A stretch of 43,853 bases of DNA from Lama guanicoe (Eukaryota). Positions within the stretch are counted from its first letter, which is position 1. Every line of letters starts with the position of its first letter. Shown in pieces: positions 13,701 to 24,840 of the stretch. The DNA lies in the NCBI GenBank assembly GCA_013239625.1, contig MU053513.1, positions 4,074,303 through 4,118,155 on the forward strand. The letters are read 5' to 3'. Made by a program: the position numbers and the translations under genes. Below the pieces are notes generated by a model. The model saw only the letters and a list, made by a program, of their open reading frames with translations. It made no database searches and was not told the DNA's origin.

Positions 13701-16700
13701 TATTCAGGCAGTGACCGACGGGCTGTGGGGTGACCGGGGGTGGGGAGAAAGCAGAAAGGGAATTACAAACGACGACAAGCTGACCATCACTCCTTAAATA
13801 ACTCAGAAATACGCATCTTACTGATGGCAGATCAGCGGCATTATCCTCCTATATGAAGGCCGTATAATAGTCACTTCTTTGTATCAAAAACCCTATTCTT
13901 AGGAAAAAGTTGAAAAAGAAAGTAATGTAAAATTAATCTATAGGGAGGTGAAGTTTAAGAACAAGGGAAATACAAAGATGTGAACTGACAGCCCTAATCC
14001 TTCCACCTGGGACAGTTACGCCAATTCAAATCTAATCCATGCCGGGAGCTGGGTTTTGAACCACCAGAGGTATAAAATATTTATCAGACTAAAATTAACC
14101 AGGCTGTTCTCCTCAAAAGGAGAGTCTTGGTAATCTCAGCAGATCCCGTCCGGGGAGCAGGGTGCGCCTCTTTCCTGACTGCCTTCAGCCTCACCAGCTG
14201 TGGTCCGTGTGACACGCATTACAGTCTGGCTTACTCTCATCCACTACTGTCATCATTTTAATTATTCACGATAAGGCTACAAATAGAAAAGCAGTTGGGA
14301 GTATAAACTGAAGACGGTGTCTGTGAATGTTTTCAGAGACGACCTAGGCATGTAAGAATAACATGGCAATGTCTAATTCATATACCTTTCAATTCTCTTC
14401 TTGTTTTCCTCCATTTTTTGATTTGCTATCTTTAATAGGAAGTCGATATACTCTTCTGTCACCATCATTTTTCCTTTATGGCTTAATGGAACTTCTAAGC
14501 CATGTGTGCTCCGGACAGCCTGCAGGGAACAATTTAGATGTGATGACTTATGTGCTAGAGACACAGAAGGTAACTAAAGAAAAGTCGCAGGCGGTGCTGT
14601 GTTTAAATACAGATTAGCTCCATTACAGCATTTAAGTTCATGCTTTGATATAATTTAGTTAAATAGAGTTGAATCAAAGGAGATTAAACAGATTTTCTCA
14701 TCATATAAAGTCATTTGTAAAGAAAGTCATTTTATACATTGTCTTACAGAGAAGCAGATATTATCAAAGAATCCAATAAACTTAACAGTATCAATCTCAC
14801 TAAAGCTGAGAAAGCTCTAATACACTATCTAAGGAAAAGAAATCAATGAAACCTCAACAGAAGTTTCAAGGGAAAATCAAAATGGACTGGACGCTAAAGA
14901 GCCTCTTGGCGCTGCTTGAGCAAGGTGGTTCCAAGAATAAACCACTTCTGCTCTACCTCCCACAGTGGTGGCTTTCTTGATGCTTTAGGGTTGCCAATTG
15001 TAGTAACCCTGTCGATGAAACAGGCAACATGTTCCAAACGAATTCAAACACTGGCCACAGGTTAAGAACACAATAAAAACTATTATGAGGGATAAAAATT
15101 CATTCAGTGAAACTTTACTGAGCACCTGTCATTTCTGGGCCCCACATAAGGTGTGAAGATACAGGTTGAGTATAACATGGCCCAAGCCTTTTCGTGCGCA
15201 CATTTCAGAACAGGAAATAAACAAGTGAACAAAAAAATCACATTAGCACAACATAGGTGCCAGGACAAGAGAAACACCCACGTGTGCATGTGGATGCATT
15301 CATGTGCAGGCGCGTGCGCGCGCACACCCCGTCTCCCCCCCACATAAACGCACACTGCTAAGGAAATACAGAGGAGGAGCAACTAACAGAGACTGAGGTC
15401 TCGGCTTTATGGGAAAGGCGGCATTTGAGTTGGGATTTTAAAGTATAATTTCACCAGATGTAAACAGGGGGGCTGGGGAGCATTCCAGCCAGAGGAAAAC
15501 TTTTCTATAGTCCTGGGGACAGGAAAAGCATGACACATTCGGAAGACAACCAATAGCTTTCTATCTGGCTGGAGGGGAGAGCGCTAGCGGAAGGCGGGCA
15601 TAAATAAGGTAGATGCAAAATAGTTTATGTGAGGCCCCGAAAATCAGAGAAAACCCCTGGACACCTGCCTTCTTTGAAAGGGGAATTCGGACAGTATTGG
15701 CTGGAAGGACTGAAGGAGAAGACGAGCAGCAGGAAGACAAGTCAGGAGACCACTGTGCAGACGGGGGTGAGAGATGATGAGTGATGGTGTAGGGGCGGCG
15801 GCACAGGGCGTGGCGAGGCGGAGCCGGCGTGAGAAATCAGAGGGAGGTGTGCCGGGACTCTTAACTAACTGAATACGGAGGACAAAGGAGAGGAAGGTGA
15901 GGGAGTGGCTCTGTCCTTGCTCTCGGCCCACAGACATAGTGAGGAGTGAGATGGGGACACAAATCAGTACCATGAGTTTTGATTTTCTGTTTAGTTCTAT
16001 TCTATTTAGCTTTACGGTGTCTTCTTTTGTAAAACGTCACCTCTGCAGGGGAAATAGGGTGTTTGTTAAAAAGAGATAGAAAATAGGAAAAATCCAGGGA
16101 GCTAGAGTAGGGGACAACCTGAAATAGTTCAAAGGCAAACAACATACACCAGGCCAAACAGTAAAAACTACCACAGGAGATCAGGGCCAAGTCGCCAGGG
16201 GTTGGCTTGGCCAGGAAAGGACTCAGAGAGGCTGTGGGACTCAGAAGGAGCCTTAAAGATCACCTAGTCCGGGATCAGCAAACTTTTTCTGTAAAAGGAT
16301 AGACAGTAAGTATTTTCACTTTTGTGAGCCATCTAATACCTGTCACAACTACTCAGTTTTGCCGCTGCAGCACATAGGCAACCGTAGACAGTAATTCATC
16401 AAATGGATTTACTGGAACCGGCCCCGCTGTGGGCTGAATTTGGTGCTACGGCAGAAGTTCACTAGAGCCCTGATGTGGCCGAGAAAATTCAGACCCTGCT
16501 GGATCCGCATAGAGGACTTCAGACCCTCTGTCTGTGCATCTCTCCACGACATCATGGAACTGATTAAACTGGGCCTCGACTATTGAGGATGAGGATAGAG
16601 AGAATCAGGTTAAAAATAAGTGGAGGGGAATGCTATAAAATAAGATCACAAATATAAATCTAACCAGTCTGGACCTTGCCCTGTAGGAAAAAGTAACCAT

Positions 16701-19700
16701 TGCAAGTTTCTGAGCAGGGAATGGTGAGAAGATTTGAGAAGAAGGTTATTTAATGATGTGGATAACTGCATGCTCAAAGCATTGCTTTTTGCCCCAAAGT
16801 ATCTTACCAACATAGTCTTTCCTCTCTTTCCCACTGTTATGCCAGAGTTCCTGAAACCAGAATCCATTGCCACCGAATGCTGTAAGAAAATAAATCTGTT
16901 AAATTCTGAGAATCTGGCTCATCAGATAAACACTTTAGCTCTACAAACTGCAGAAACATATATAACTCTAAACTTACAATTAAATAAAAAGCCAGTTGAC
17001 TAAACTAACATTGCTGTAATTTTGATAGAAGATGTAAAGTTTAAAGTTAAACCTACTCACATACCTATACATTCAAGTATAATCACAAAATTTTACCAGC
17101 AGCTGTGCGTCCTGCAACTGTCGACACTGCACATGGAGAACAAGTGGTTCAAATTTCAAAATGGCATCACCGTCTGCTTTCTTCAGCGCTACCATCTAAA
17201 TGAATGAAAAAAGTTAGGATCAGATACCAATATATGATCCTGTTCTCTGCTGACCCTTTATCCTATGTAACTTCAGTTTTTCAGAGGAACTTTCAGACTC
17301 ACTCTGCATCCTCCTTCCACAGTAACTTGTCACTCTGCTCTCTTGGCCCTCTTTCTCCAAAAACTTACTAATCTGCTTATTCTTTTCAGAGACCTGATTT
17401 CTAATTTTCCCATAAGCCCTCTGTGTCATTCTTTCCAACCATACCTTAACAAAGTAAATTACTACTCTATCTAATTTGATAACAGATGTTTCATTAAGGA
17501 ATACGGTATATAAAGACTGCACTAGGTCTGTTTAAACGCTTTGTTGTTAGACTGACGTTTGAGACACATGTACTATCATGTCTGAGCTAGAATCTATTGC
17601 TACTTCTGTCTGCCTAGGGTCCCTGCACCAACCTCCCTCCTTTACATCCTTTGATTCTGGTGGGACTGTCAATTGTGACCCTGTCACTCATAACTCCCGT
17701 CATCATAATATCAGAGATGCCAAGTGCCGAGGTCTGATCAAGGACAGCACTTCATTCTACTGGCAAAAAAGAACTGATCTCAGGGGGAGAACACCTAACC
17801 ATGCAGGGGGACTGAGGTTCCTTCTTTGAAAATGATACATGGAGCTTAAAAAGAAGTTTATTCTGCTGGTGTTGCTGGCAACTATCTTTCCTGCCACGAA
17901 GATTATCTGCAGCAGAAGAGAAGTAGGGCAAACATACAAAGAGAACCAGTACCCAAGGAAGGAGACAGCGACGGAGTGAGTACTTTGAAGACAGCTTAAA
18001 GCACCTGAGCCAGTAATGTCAGATGCCCGACTAATACAAACTTATATGAACTCATTTAAACACTTTAATTTAGGAAACTAAATAATCCAGCACAGACAGG
18101 AAGATTTTTAAAGAAGCAATCCAGGTAAGTAATGTGTAATCTGTTTCTATCAATGTGCTGGTTACACGCAGGTAGTGCCAATTCCTTTCTCCTAGCTGCC
18201 TTCTCCTATAATTTGTCCCAGGTTACAAAGCTACCAAATGACAGGATTGAAATTCAGAATTTGGATCCAATATGTGTCCAATGTCCATGAACTCTCTGCT
18301 GTGTCCAAGAGGATGTGTTCTGTTGAGCAGCCGTAAGTAATGCCTGCACACAAAATTTTATCTCCCGCAACTAAAAAAAGCCATTGTTATGAACTCTCTT
18401 TAGGCATTAAAATCTTCAGTCATTGTAATTATGTTATTTATGTTATTATAATTATTACACAAATCATCTTGAATTTTCTATTCTTTTCAGATGTATTTAA
18501 AATGACTGGGAATTAAAGTTTATTTCTAAATTTATATATAAAAACTTACCACATCGTCTTTCACACAAGGTTTGTGTGTAACCAGTAGCCAGCAACAGTT
18601 TTGTTTCTGAACCTCAAAACCATTTATACCCTAAAATTTAAAAATAACATAATTTAATCATAAAATACAAAATAATAAGTAAATGTATAGCACTTTTTAG
18701 GCTTTCTTAAATTAATAATCCCAGGCGGTGATTTTAAGTTTTATGGAGAATAATTCAGTACTCTTCTGGGTAAAGTTAATGTAAAACAAGATGAAACCAA
18801 ATTATCTGAGAGAGAAAGACAATAACTTGTGTATTAAGGTAAAAGAATGTAATAAATATTTTCTGAAATACAGTCATGATTTTGTCAGGAGAAAAGGCAT
18901 TATTAGAAGGGGTTGTACACTAGTAGCCCCTAAGTTGTATTCCAGCTGTTTTCTATGATTAGCATGATATTTTTAAAAAAATTTGAAAGCACTCTCCCAA
19001 TTACACAAAGGGCCTACCACTTTTTACTGACACTTGATCTGTTCATACCTGTTATAATATGTCCCTAGACATTACAGGCATAAGTTTGTGACCTCTGGCT
19101 TAGACTTTATATGTAGTCCCAAAAGGCAGAGCTAGGATTAAAAGGTCAAAATTTCAAGAAGGCAAATATATTAAATGCATTTTTTGCCTATTAACTGGAA
19201 AAATGTTTATTTGCAAAGTTCTATTAGGTACTCTGGATATAAACAGATCCTACCCTCAAGGACACTGGAAAGAGGATGCAGGAAACCACATGCACTTTTA
19301 AGTCACTGGACTTCTACGTGGTAACTATTTATACAATGGGTACACGAGGCTTTGCTGTCCGGCTTCGGAAAGAAGAGCTGTGCTTGTCTTAAATAACTGA
19401 TTTGTTTTCACTGAATGACCTCAATGACTTATGTATCTGATTTTATGCTGGCTGCTCTAAATCTTACAGCCAAATGTGTGGCCCACCTCTAGCAAATGTA
19501 CAGTCTAGTGGTATGTTTTGAGAACTAATGCCATCTCTGCTTCATCTTATTTATATTCCCTTTATCCAGATTTTCCCACTTTTAATTTTCCTCTTGTTTT
19601 GCCTCTTTGTAAGTTGATCTAAATCCTTTTTGAAATAAGGCAAAGTGGAAATAAATACAAGACAAGACAAAATATAATACATGACATGAAAAGAGGTTCA

Positions 19701-21223
19701 GAAAAAGTCCCAAGTCAGTTCAGGAGAAGTAGTCATTGTCTCCCAGTGGATGTGTGTGTTTGCGTTCAGGTGGAGGAGGGGAGGGTGGGGAGGTATGCCT
19801 CAGACATGCAAGGATGGGAGAAAACATTTCTGGAAAAACAAACATGAGCAAAGGCAAAGGCAGGTAGATACAAGAGGAAAAAGAGAATAGTTCAGTTTCA
19901 GTAAATAGATTAAGATGAAGACCCGTAGTGGAAAACAGAGCTGAAAGGTATACTGGTGTATTTCAGCACAGATGAGTGACATGCACAGAACTGTGCTTTA
20001 GAAAGGTGACTCTGTTAAATGTGTAACATGGTTTGGGGTAGAGAGACTGGTAGTCCAGTGCCCTGCTAGGAAACCACTGCAGAAATCCAGGGAAGATAGG
20101 GCAATGGAAATGGGGGAAGAGAGAGGGAACAAGCCAAGCAAGAGTGCCAGTGCTTAGGAGTCACTGGAAGCAATGTAAGAATGCAACCTGGGAGACCAGC
20201 GATGATCAGTGGGGGATCTGAAGAATGAGTTTATGAGTGCGCTGTCTTTCATGTTCTGAATTCAGTCCTAATGTTAAAGTTAACACAAAGCTAGCTTTTA
20301 TAGCATAATTAATATGGGTCAGACACGATGCTAAAGGTTTCAAAATTATCTTATTTCCTCCACATAAAACTCCTATGAAATGGACACTCTTTATTATCCT
20401 TAGTACATGGAACAGGGAGGGGCTGTTTCATTAGCTTTCCCTAAAGTCACAAAGCCAATTCCCGTATCTAGTTTAGAATCTGGCAGTATCACTCCAAAGC
20501 CTAAGGGTTGATCACTCTGACTGTATACTACCATACTCTTTCTCAGGTAATGTAAAAATTACCAGAGCTGTAATAACGGACTGGGCCACTAGGAGGCAGT
20601 AAACGCCCTATAACCATGGCGATCTTCCATAAAGTAGTTAACAATGATTTGGTAGAGCGGTAGAAGAGAAGACACCCACCTCGCCAGGCTGGAAAGTCTT
20701 TAAATTCCCTTAGTATTAAGGTGAAATACTCTAACCCTTGCAACTCAACATCATTCTCAGGCTAGTAGTTTCAGCGTCACTCAGGGCTTGTCAGAAATGC
20801 AGACTAGGCCCCACGCTAGACCTAAAGAATGAGAATCTGTACTTTAAAATATCTCCAAGTGATTAACAGACACATTGAAATTTTAGAAGCATTAGTCTAA
20901 GTTACCCTATCAGTTTCGCAGATAAAGAAACCGAGATCACCCATCACAAGAGGAAACACAGGCTGGGTTGGGATTGTATAGGGTGGGCATAGGGCTCCTG
21001 ATGTTGCAAACTACCGGGCAGGCGCTGGAAGGGCACCAAGGATCCTCACCCCGTCTAGGAGGATGATGCGGCCAGCGCAGGAACTGGTGGTGAAAAACTG
21101 TTCTCGACCATTCAGAAGCTGCACAAGCCCTACCACATCCTCGTCCACACTGCCCTTCCGGCTGAGATCCGCTTTGCTCAGACACTGCGCCTTCCATCTC
21201 CTGAATTCTGCGCTACGATCCAT
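7479..21223 (-). CDS. TYW3: tRNA wybutosine-synthesizing protein 3 (SAM-dependent methyltransferase); spliced CDS join(21223-21050,18630-18550,17195-17097,16879-16808,14519-14386,7707-7479), 789 nt, 262 aa
   Basis: Six GT-AG exons (174+81+99+72+134+229 nt) join in frame: [29 protein letters not shown]...[11 protein letters not shown]...DSGFRNSG...[12 protein letters not shown]...IFPEDY*. These are hallmark TYW3 motifs. The gene is head-to-head with CRYZ, as in other mammals. Confidence 0.97.
11644..11880 (+). mobile_element. L1MB-like fragment with an internal deletion
   Basis: ORF2-end motif aaaaatgctcagtgtcactaatcatcagggaaatgcaaatca joined to 3' UTR tail ...ttctggagatgaa...caatgtgaatgcacctaatgccaatgaactgtac... 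Confidence 0.75.
14386..14519 (-). CDS. TYW3: TYW3 coding exon 5 (134 nt)
   Basis: ctgcag|[47 protein letters not shown](R); donor AG|gtatat. Confidence 0.95.
16269..16472 (+). mobile_element. MER58A-like hAT-Charlie DNA transposon
   Basis: gggatcagcaaactttttctgtaaaaggatagacagtaagtatttt...acaactactcagttttgccgctgcagcac. Confidence 0.75.
16808..16879 (-). CDS. TYW3: TYW3 coding exon 4 (72 nt)
   Basis: ttacag|[27 protein letters not shown]; donor TTG|gtaaga. Confidence 0.95.
17097..17195 (-). CDS. TYW3: TYW3 coding exon 3 (99 nt)
   Basis: tttag|[36 protein letters not shown]; donor CTG|gtaaaa. Confidence 0.95.
17600..18100 (+). mobile_element. old ERVL-type LTR (LTR16-like)
   Basis: ttgattctggtgggactgtcaat...gctggcaactatctttcctgccac...agcacctgagccag resemble the LTR16 family; boundaries approximate. 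Confidence 0.45.
18550..18630 (-). CDS. TYW3: TYW3 coding exon 2 (81 nt)
   Basis: tttag|[30 protein letters not shown]; donor GTG|gtaagt. Confidence 0.95.
20290..20535 (-). mobile_element. MIR SINE
   Basis: ttatcttatttcctccacataaaactcctatgaa...ctaaagtcacaaagcca...tctggcagtatcactccaaagcc. Confidence 0.6.
20750..20898. mobile_element. MER5-like DNA transposon
   Basis: cttgtcagaaatgcagact...ccccacgctagacct...gaatctgtactttaa...ccaagtgatt...cacattgaaattttagaagcattagtcta. Confidence 0.65.
21050..21223 (-). CDS. TYW3: TYW3 coding exon 1 (174 nt)
   Basis: ATG at 21223; MDRSAEF...[14 protein letters not shown]; donor GGG|GTGAGG. Confidence 0.96.
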
Positions 21224-21369
21224 GCGACGAGGGGGCCAGGGTCTGCACTTCCCCGTTAGCCTCGCCTTTCCCTGGGCGCAGCCATGTTGAAGCCGGTGGT
21301 GGCCGCGAAAGTCCAAACTTCCTCGTGCCCGCCCCCGAAGGCGGGGCGGGGCGGAGCCTAGAAATCGCT

Positions 21370-21448
21370 GAGGTCGGTCTGGCGCGTCCCTTTTCCCCTG
21401 GAATCTGGGCGAGCCCTCGTAGATTTTGATTTTCCAGTCTAGAACCGG
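21370..21448 (+). other. CRYZ: CRYZ non-coding exon 1 (housekeeping promoter); 5' end approximate
   Basis: Consensus donor CGG|GTAAGT at 21448/21449, just downstream of the GC boxes. CRYZ is known to have a non-coding first exon. Confidence 0.75.
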
Positions 21449-22340
21449 GTAAGTGGTTTCGAAAAGCCCCCAGAGTTCAGGCAGGGGCCTCCCCACCGCT
21501 CGTCCAAAAGGAACCGAGCTGGATTTTGGCTGCGCTCCTGTTCTGCGTTCCCGTCCTCAACAAGAACTAGTGAATAAGGAGTTCGTGGCCGAAGTCCTTC
21601 CCCTCCAGGGAATGCAAGTTGATGGTCCGTAAATCCCCAGGGCAGTTTTACCTGCTAGTCCTAAGAGCTCGCTTTGCTGTCTAGCGGGGTCAGCGTTCCG
21701 GGTGCCACCGGGGCTCCGGTGGGTGCCTCCCCTCCCACCCGCTCCCCCGCCCCGCTGCCTGCCCCCGACTGGATTTCCCTGCGGCGGGGCCTGGGCCCCG
21801 GACCCCCGCCCACAGCCATCTGGAAGAGCCCATTTCTCCTTTCAGGTTCTTGCAGCTGCAGGGTTCCCAGGGCTCTTTCTGTCTGGCTTTGCTATCAGAG
21901 TTACCGTCTTACTTTGGGAGGGAAATGTAGATTTTTGTTTCACCTCCCCGCCCCACCTCCATGGTCCCCACCTAGAAGAATCTTCAAAAGAAAAAAATGA
22001 CAAAACACCCTGTTGACACATCGTTGGATATTTACACAGATCCTAAAGGAGACTTAATCTCCGTGACCAAGGAAGGTGTGTTAATGATTGAACCATTTAA
22101 AGGCTTAAGTTCGGACTGTTGTCCGCAGCTAGTGGAAGTGGCTATGTGATCCCCACCGAAGCCACTGGATCGCTGCGTGAGTGTCTGGTCAGCAGGAGTA
22201 AATCCCACCGAGCCCTGGTCACCCGACACTGGAGAGCCGCGTGACCAGTTCCATCCAACCTTTTTATCAGGGAACCTGGAGGGCTTTAGAATAACTATTC
22301 AACTCTTCCTCCGCCCCTTTTTATCAGAAGTGGGTGCTAA

Positions 22341-22500
22341 GGGGGGAGGGTATAGCTCAGTGATAGAGTACATGCTTAGCATGCACGAGGTCCTGGGTTC
22401 AAAACCCAGTACCTCCATTTAAAAAACAGGTAAATAAATAAACCTAAGTACCTACCCCCTTCAAAAATAAATAAAATAAAAATAAAATAAATAATTGTTT
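22341..22500 (+). mobile_element. camelid tRNA-Ala-derived SINE (vic-1 type), full length
   Basis: GGGGGGAGGGTATAGCTCAGTGATAGAG (A box)...CTTAGCATGCACGAGGTCCTGGGTTCAAAACCC (B box), A-rich tail, degenerate TSD AGAAGTGGGTGCTAAG / AGAGTGAGTACTAAG. Confidence 0.88.
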
Positions 22501-23479
22501 TGTTTAGAGTGAGTACTAAGATCCAGGCCATTGAAGGAACCTGACAAGGTAACACAACCAGGAAGAGACTTTTCTTTGGCCACTTTAAATTTAAAAATTT
22601 TTTTTCTGGGTTAAAGTAATAAATAATATACTTACACGAGCCATTCTTGATCAACAGCAACACATTTTGTAATGATTGATTCTCTTTCCAAGTTTTTTTT
22701 TCTTGCCAGAAATTCTTATTTAAGAATTGTTTAAGAATTTCCTACTAAAGAATGTCTTCTTTTCTCTCATAATGTGCCTTTGCATGTGAATTGATCTGTT
22801 CATTCTATGTTAAAATATATTTCCAACATTTCCCCTATCCCTTTTGATTTTCATTTAAACCAAGTGATTTCAGGTGTATCTTGGAAAAGATGACTGTTTG
22901 AAGAAGAATTTTAAATTCCGTATTTCCTTCATTTGCAAAAGATGGTTGGCAACATTTCATAGGTAAAAAGTAAAACCAAACATTAAAGCTAGGTCCTCCA
23001 AACAATTCTTTAAAGGTTATATTTGATAAATAGAAAAACCTATTTGAAGTACAGCTTAATTAAAAAACACAAACAGTGTGCCAAGCCTGCTGCTGACTGC
23101 AAATGCTGTACTCTGAATAACAGAGCTTACAGCCTGCCAGTGCCGGCATGCTCTGAAGCCCTCGCCATGTGCTGCTGCAACTCATCTTCACAAGGATCCT
23201 GTGCTGGGGAGTAGTGGCCCCATTTTACAGATAAGGAGATTATTAGTTTTCCTAACAGAATTTGCATCCTGTGTTTCTCTGGTAGATCCCTTAACTTACG
23301 GACATTTGAAACATTTCAAACTCAAACAGTTACCTAAATCATAAAATATGTAATGCTACCTGCAGATGTGTTGAATTTCATATTTCTAGCTCAGTCTGTC
23401 TCACTATCATCATTATAAATTCTATCTCTAAGAAATTAGAGGTCCTTTATGCCAACATTTCAAAGGATGAGATGAAAGG

Positions 23480-23620
23480 GATTGTATAGTAAAGGAAAAA
23501 AATACCTAACGACGTTTAAGGTGTCAGACTTGGGTTCCAACTCTGCTTCAGTGTGACCCTGGTGAGTGTCTTAATCCCTTGAATGTTTCCTCATCCATAA
23601 AATGGATGGTGATTTTACTT
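23480..23620 (+). mobile_element. MIR SINE
   Basis: gtcagacttgggttccaactctgc...tgtgaccctggtgagtgtcttaatc...gtttcctcatccataaaatgg. Confidence 0.7.
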
Positions 23621-24639
23621 CCACTTCTGCATACAATTAAACAGTGGTTTTAATAACTGTTGCTTCTTTACCTATTGTGAAAATTATGACAGTGGATGTG
23701 AAAGATACACTTTTTAGAGGAAATCGGGTAGTTCAGGGGTTCAGGAATGATCATAATTTTTTGTGTGTTGTGTTAATTTATTCTTTTTATTATTTTTTTA
23801 AATATTGCACCTGTAATATGAAGCAGATGATGGTCCTGTGGGTACCTGGGGTTCAAGGCAATGAGTGCAGATTGGAGCCTGATCAGTCATAGTGGCAAAG
23901 GCTTGGTTGGAAATAAGAGCCCTAGAAGCAAAATAGAAGAGAGCTGTGAAGGGCACGCTCCATTTCCTTAGAGTCTTAGTAGGACGAGGTGTGGTACTGG
24001 GCAGGGCAGCGGGTTCTCCTAAAGCCAGGATTAAGGATGAGTCTCCTCCTTCCTTTGTTCTTTTCTCCCAATTTAGCAAATGTCAAAATGCGACGGAAAA
24101 AATGTATGTGCTAGATATTTTTGACAGATCCTATTTCAAGGTAATTTTGCCTTTATTATTGCTACAGTTTTTTGAGGATAATAGTGATGTCTTGTGGTGA
24201 AAAGATAGATGCAAGAGCTTGAAAGAAATAAATAGGTAGGAAGTAGTTAGATATTGAAAATGGGCAAAGACCTCCTCCTCTTATCTGGTGCCTGTGGGGG
24301 AGGTGGGCGCACAGAGTGAGCAGGAGCTGGGGAGGGGCTGGGCTGGTTCCCCTGGCCCTCTGTGCCCTCTAGTTCTGCACAGTGACCTCAGAGTTAATGT
24401 TCCAAAAATACATGTTGAATGAATAACAAACTAGTGTTTGGTATTAGTGTTTTGTTTAAATGATTCTCTGGACTGTGAACTCTTTGAGGCTAAAGACTTG
24501 GTTTCATAATCAGTGTCCTGCAAATGTGTTAAATTAAATCAAAGATGATTGTAGAATTACAGAACCAAGAATATTTTAATGAGTAAGAAATTGGAAAGGA
24601 GAAAGGAGATGGGAGAGGAGTTGTGAGATCACTATATAT

Positions 24640-24840
24640 AGGAGTAGATATTTGCCAGGTGCCGTGTCTGATACTTGCCCTGTCTCTGGCACAGTAACCC
24701 CGAGTGGGAACTCAGTTTTCAGATGAAGAGGCTCAAAAAAGTTGACTGCCTTGCCCAAGGCGGCTAGTAAGTGATAGATCTGGGATTCATGCTGAGAGCT
24801 GTCAGATTCCAAAACCCACACTCTTTCCACAACACCATGC
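24640..24840 (-). mobile_element. MIR SINE
   Basis: ttttcagatgaagaggctca...ccttgcccaagg...ctagtaagtgatagatctgggattc...cagattccaaaacccacactcttt. Confidence 0.75.

Larger units (their letters stand above)
21020..21810. promoter_or_regulatory. CpG island / bidirectional promoter shared by TYW3 and CRYZ
   Basis: CpG-dense. Overlapping GC boxes GGCGGGGCGGGGCGG (about 21339-21353), ETS-like ACTTCCT (about 21317), E2F-like CCGCGAAA (about 21303) and YY1-like GCCATGTT (21281). Only about 225 nt separate the TYW3 ATG from the CRYZ exon-1 donor. Confidence 0.88.

Noticed and set aside
21224..21496. 91-codon in-frame N-terminal extension of TYW3 (ORF 21011..21496)
   Set aside because: Starts at GTG beyond the CRYZ exon-1 donor, upstream of any plausible TYW3 TSS; stop-free runs are expected in GC-rich islands
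22215..22327. 8-bp inverted repeat CTGGTCAC/GTGACCAG and repeated CCTTTTTATCAG
   Set aside because: Too short to exceed chance in 44 kb; no supporting structure
22341..22415. Possible tRNA-Ala gene
   Set aside because: Acceptor stem is degenerate, and it is followed by SINE body, A-rich tail and TSD; it is a tRNA-derived SINE
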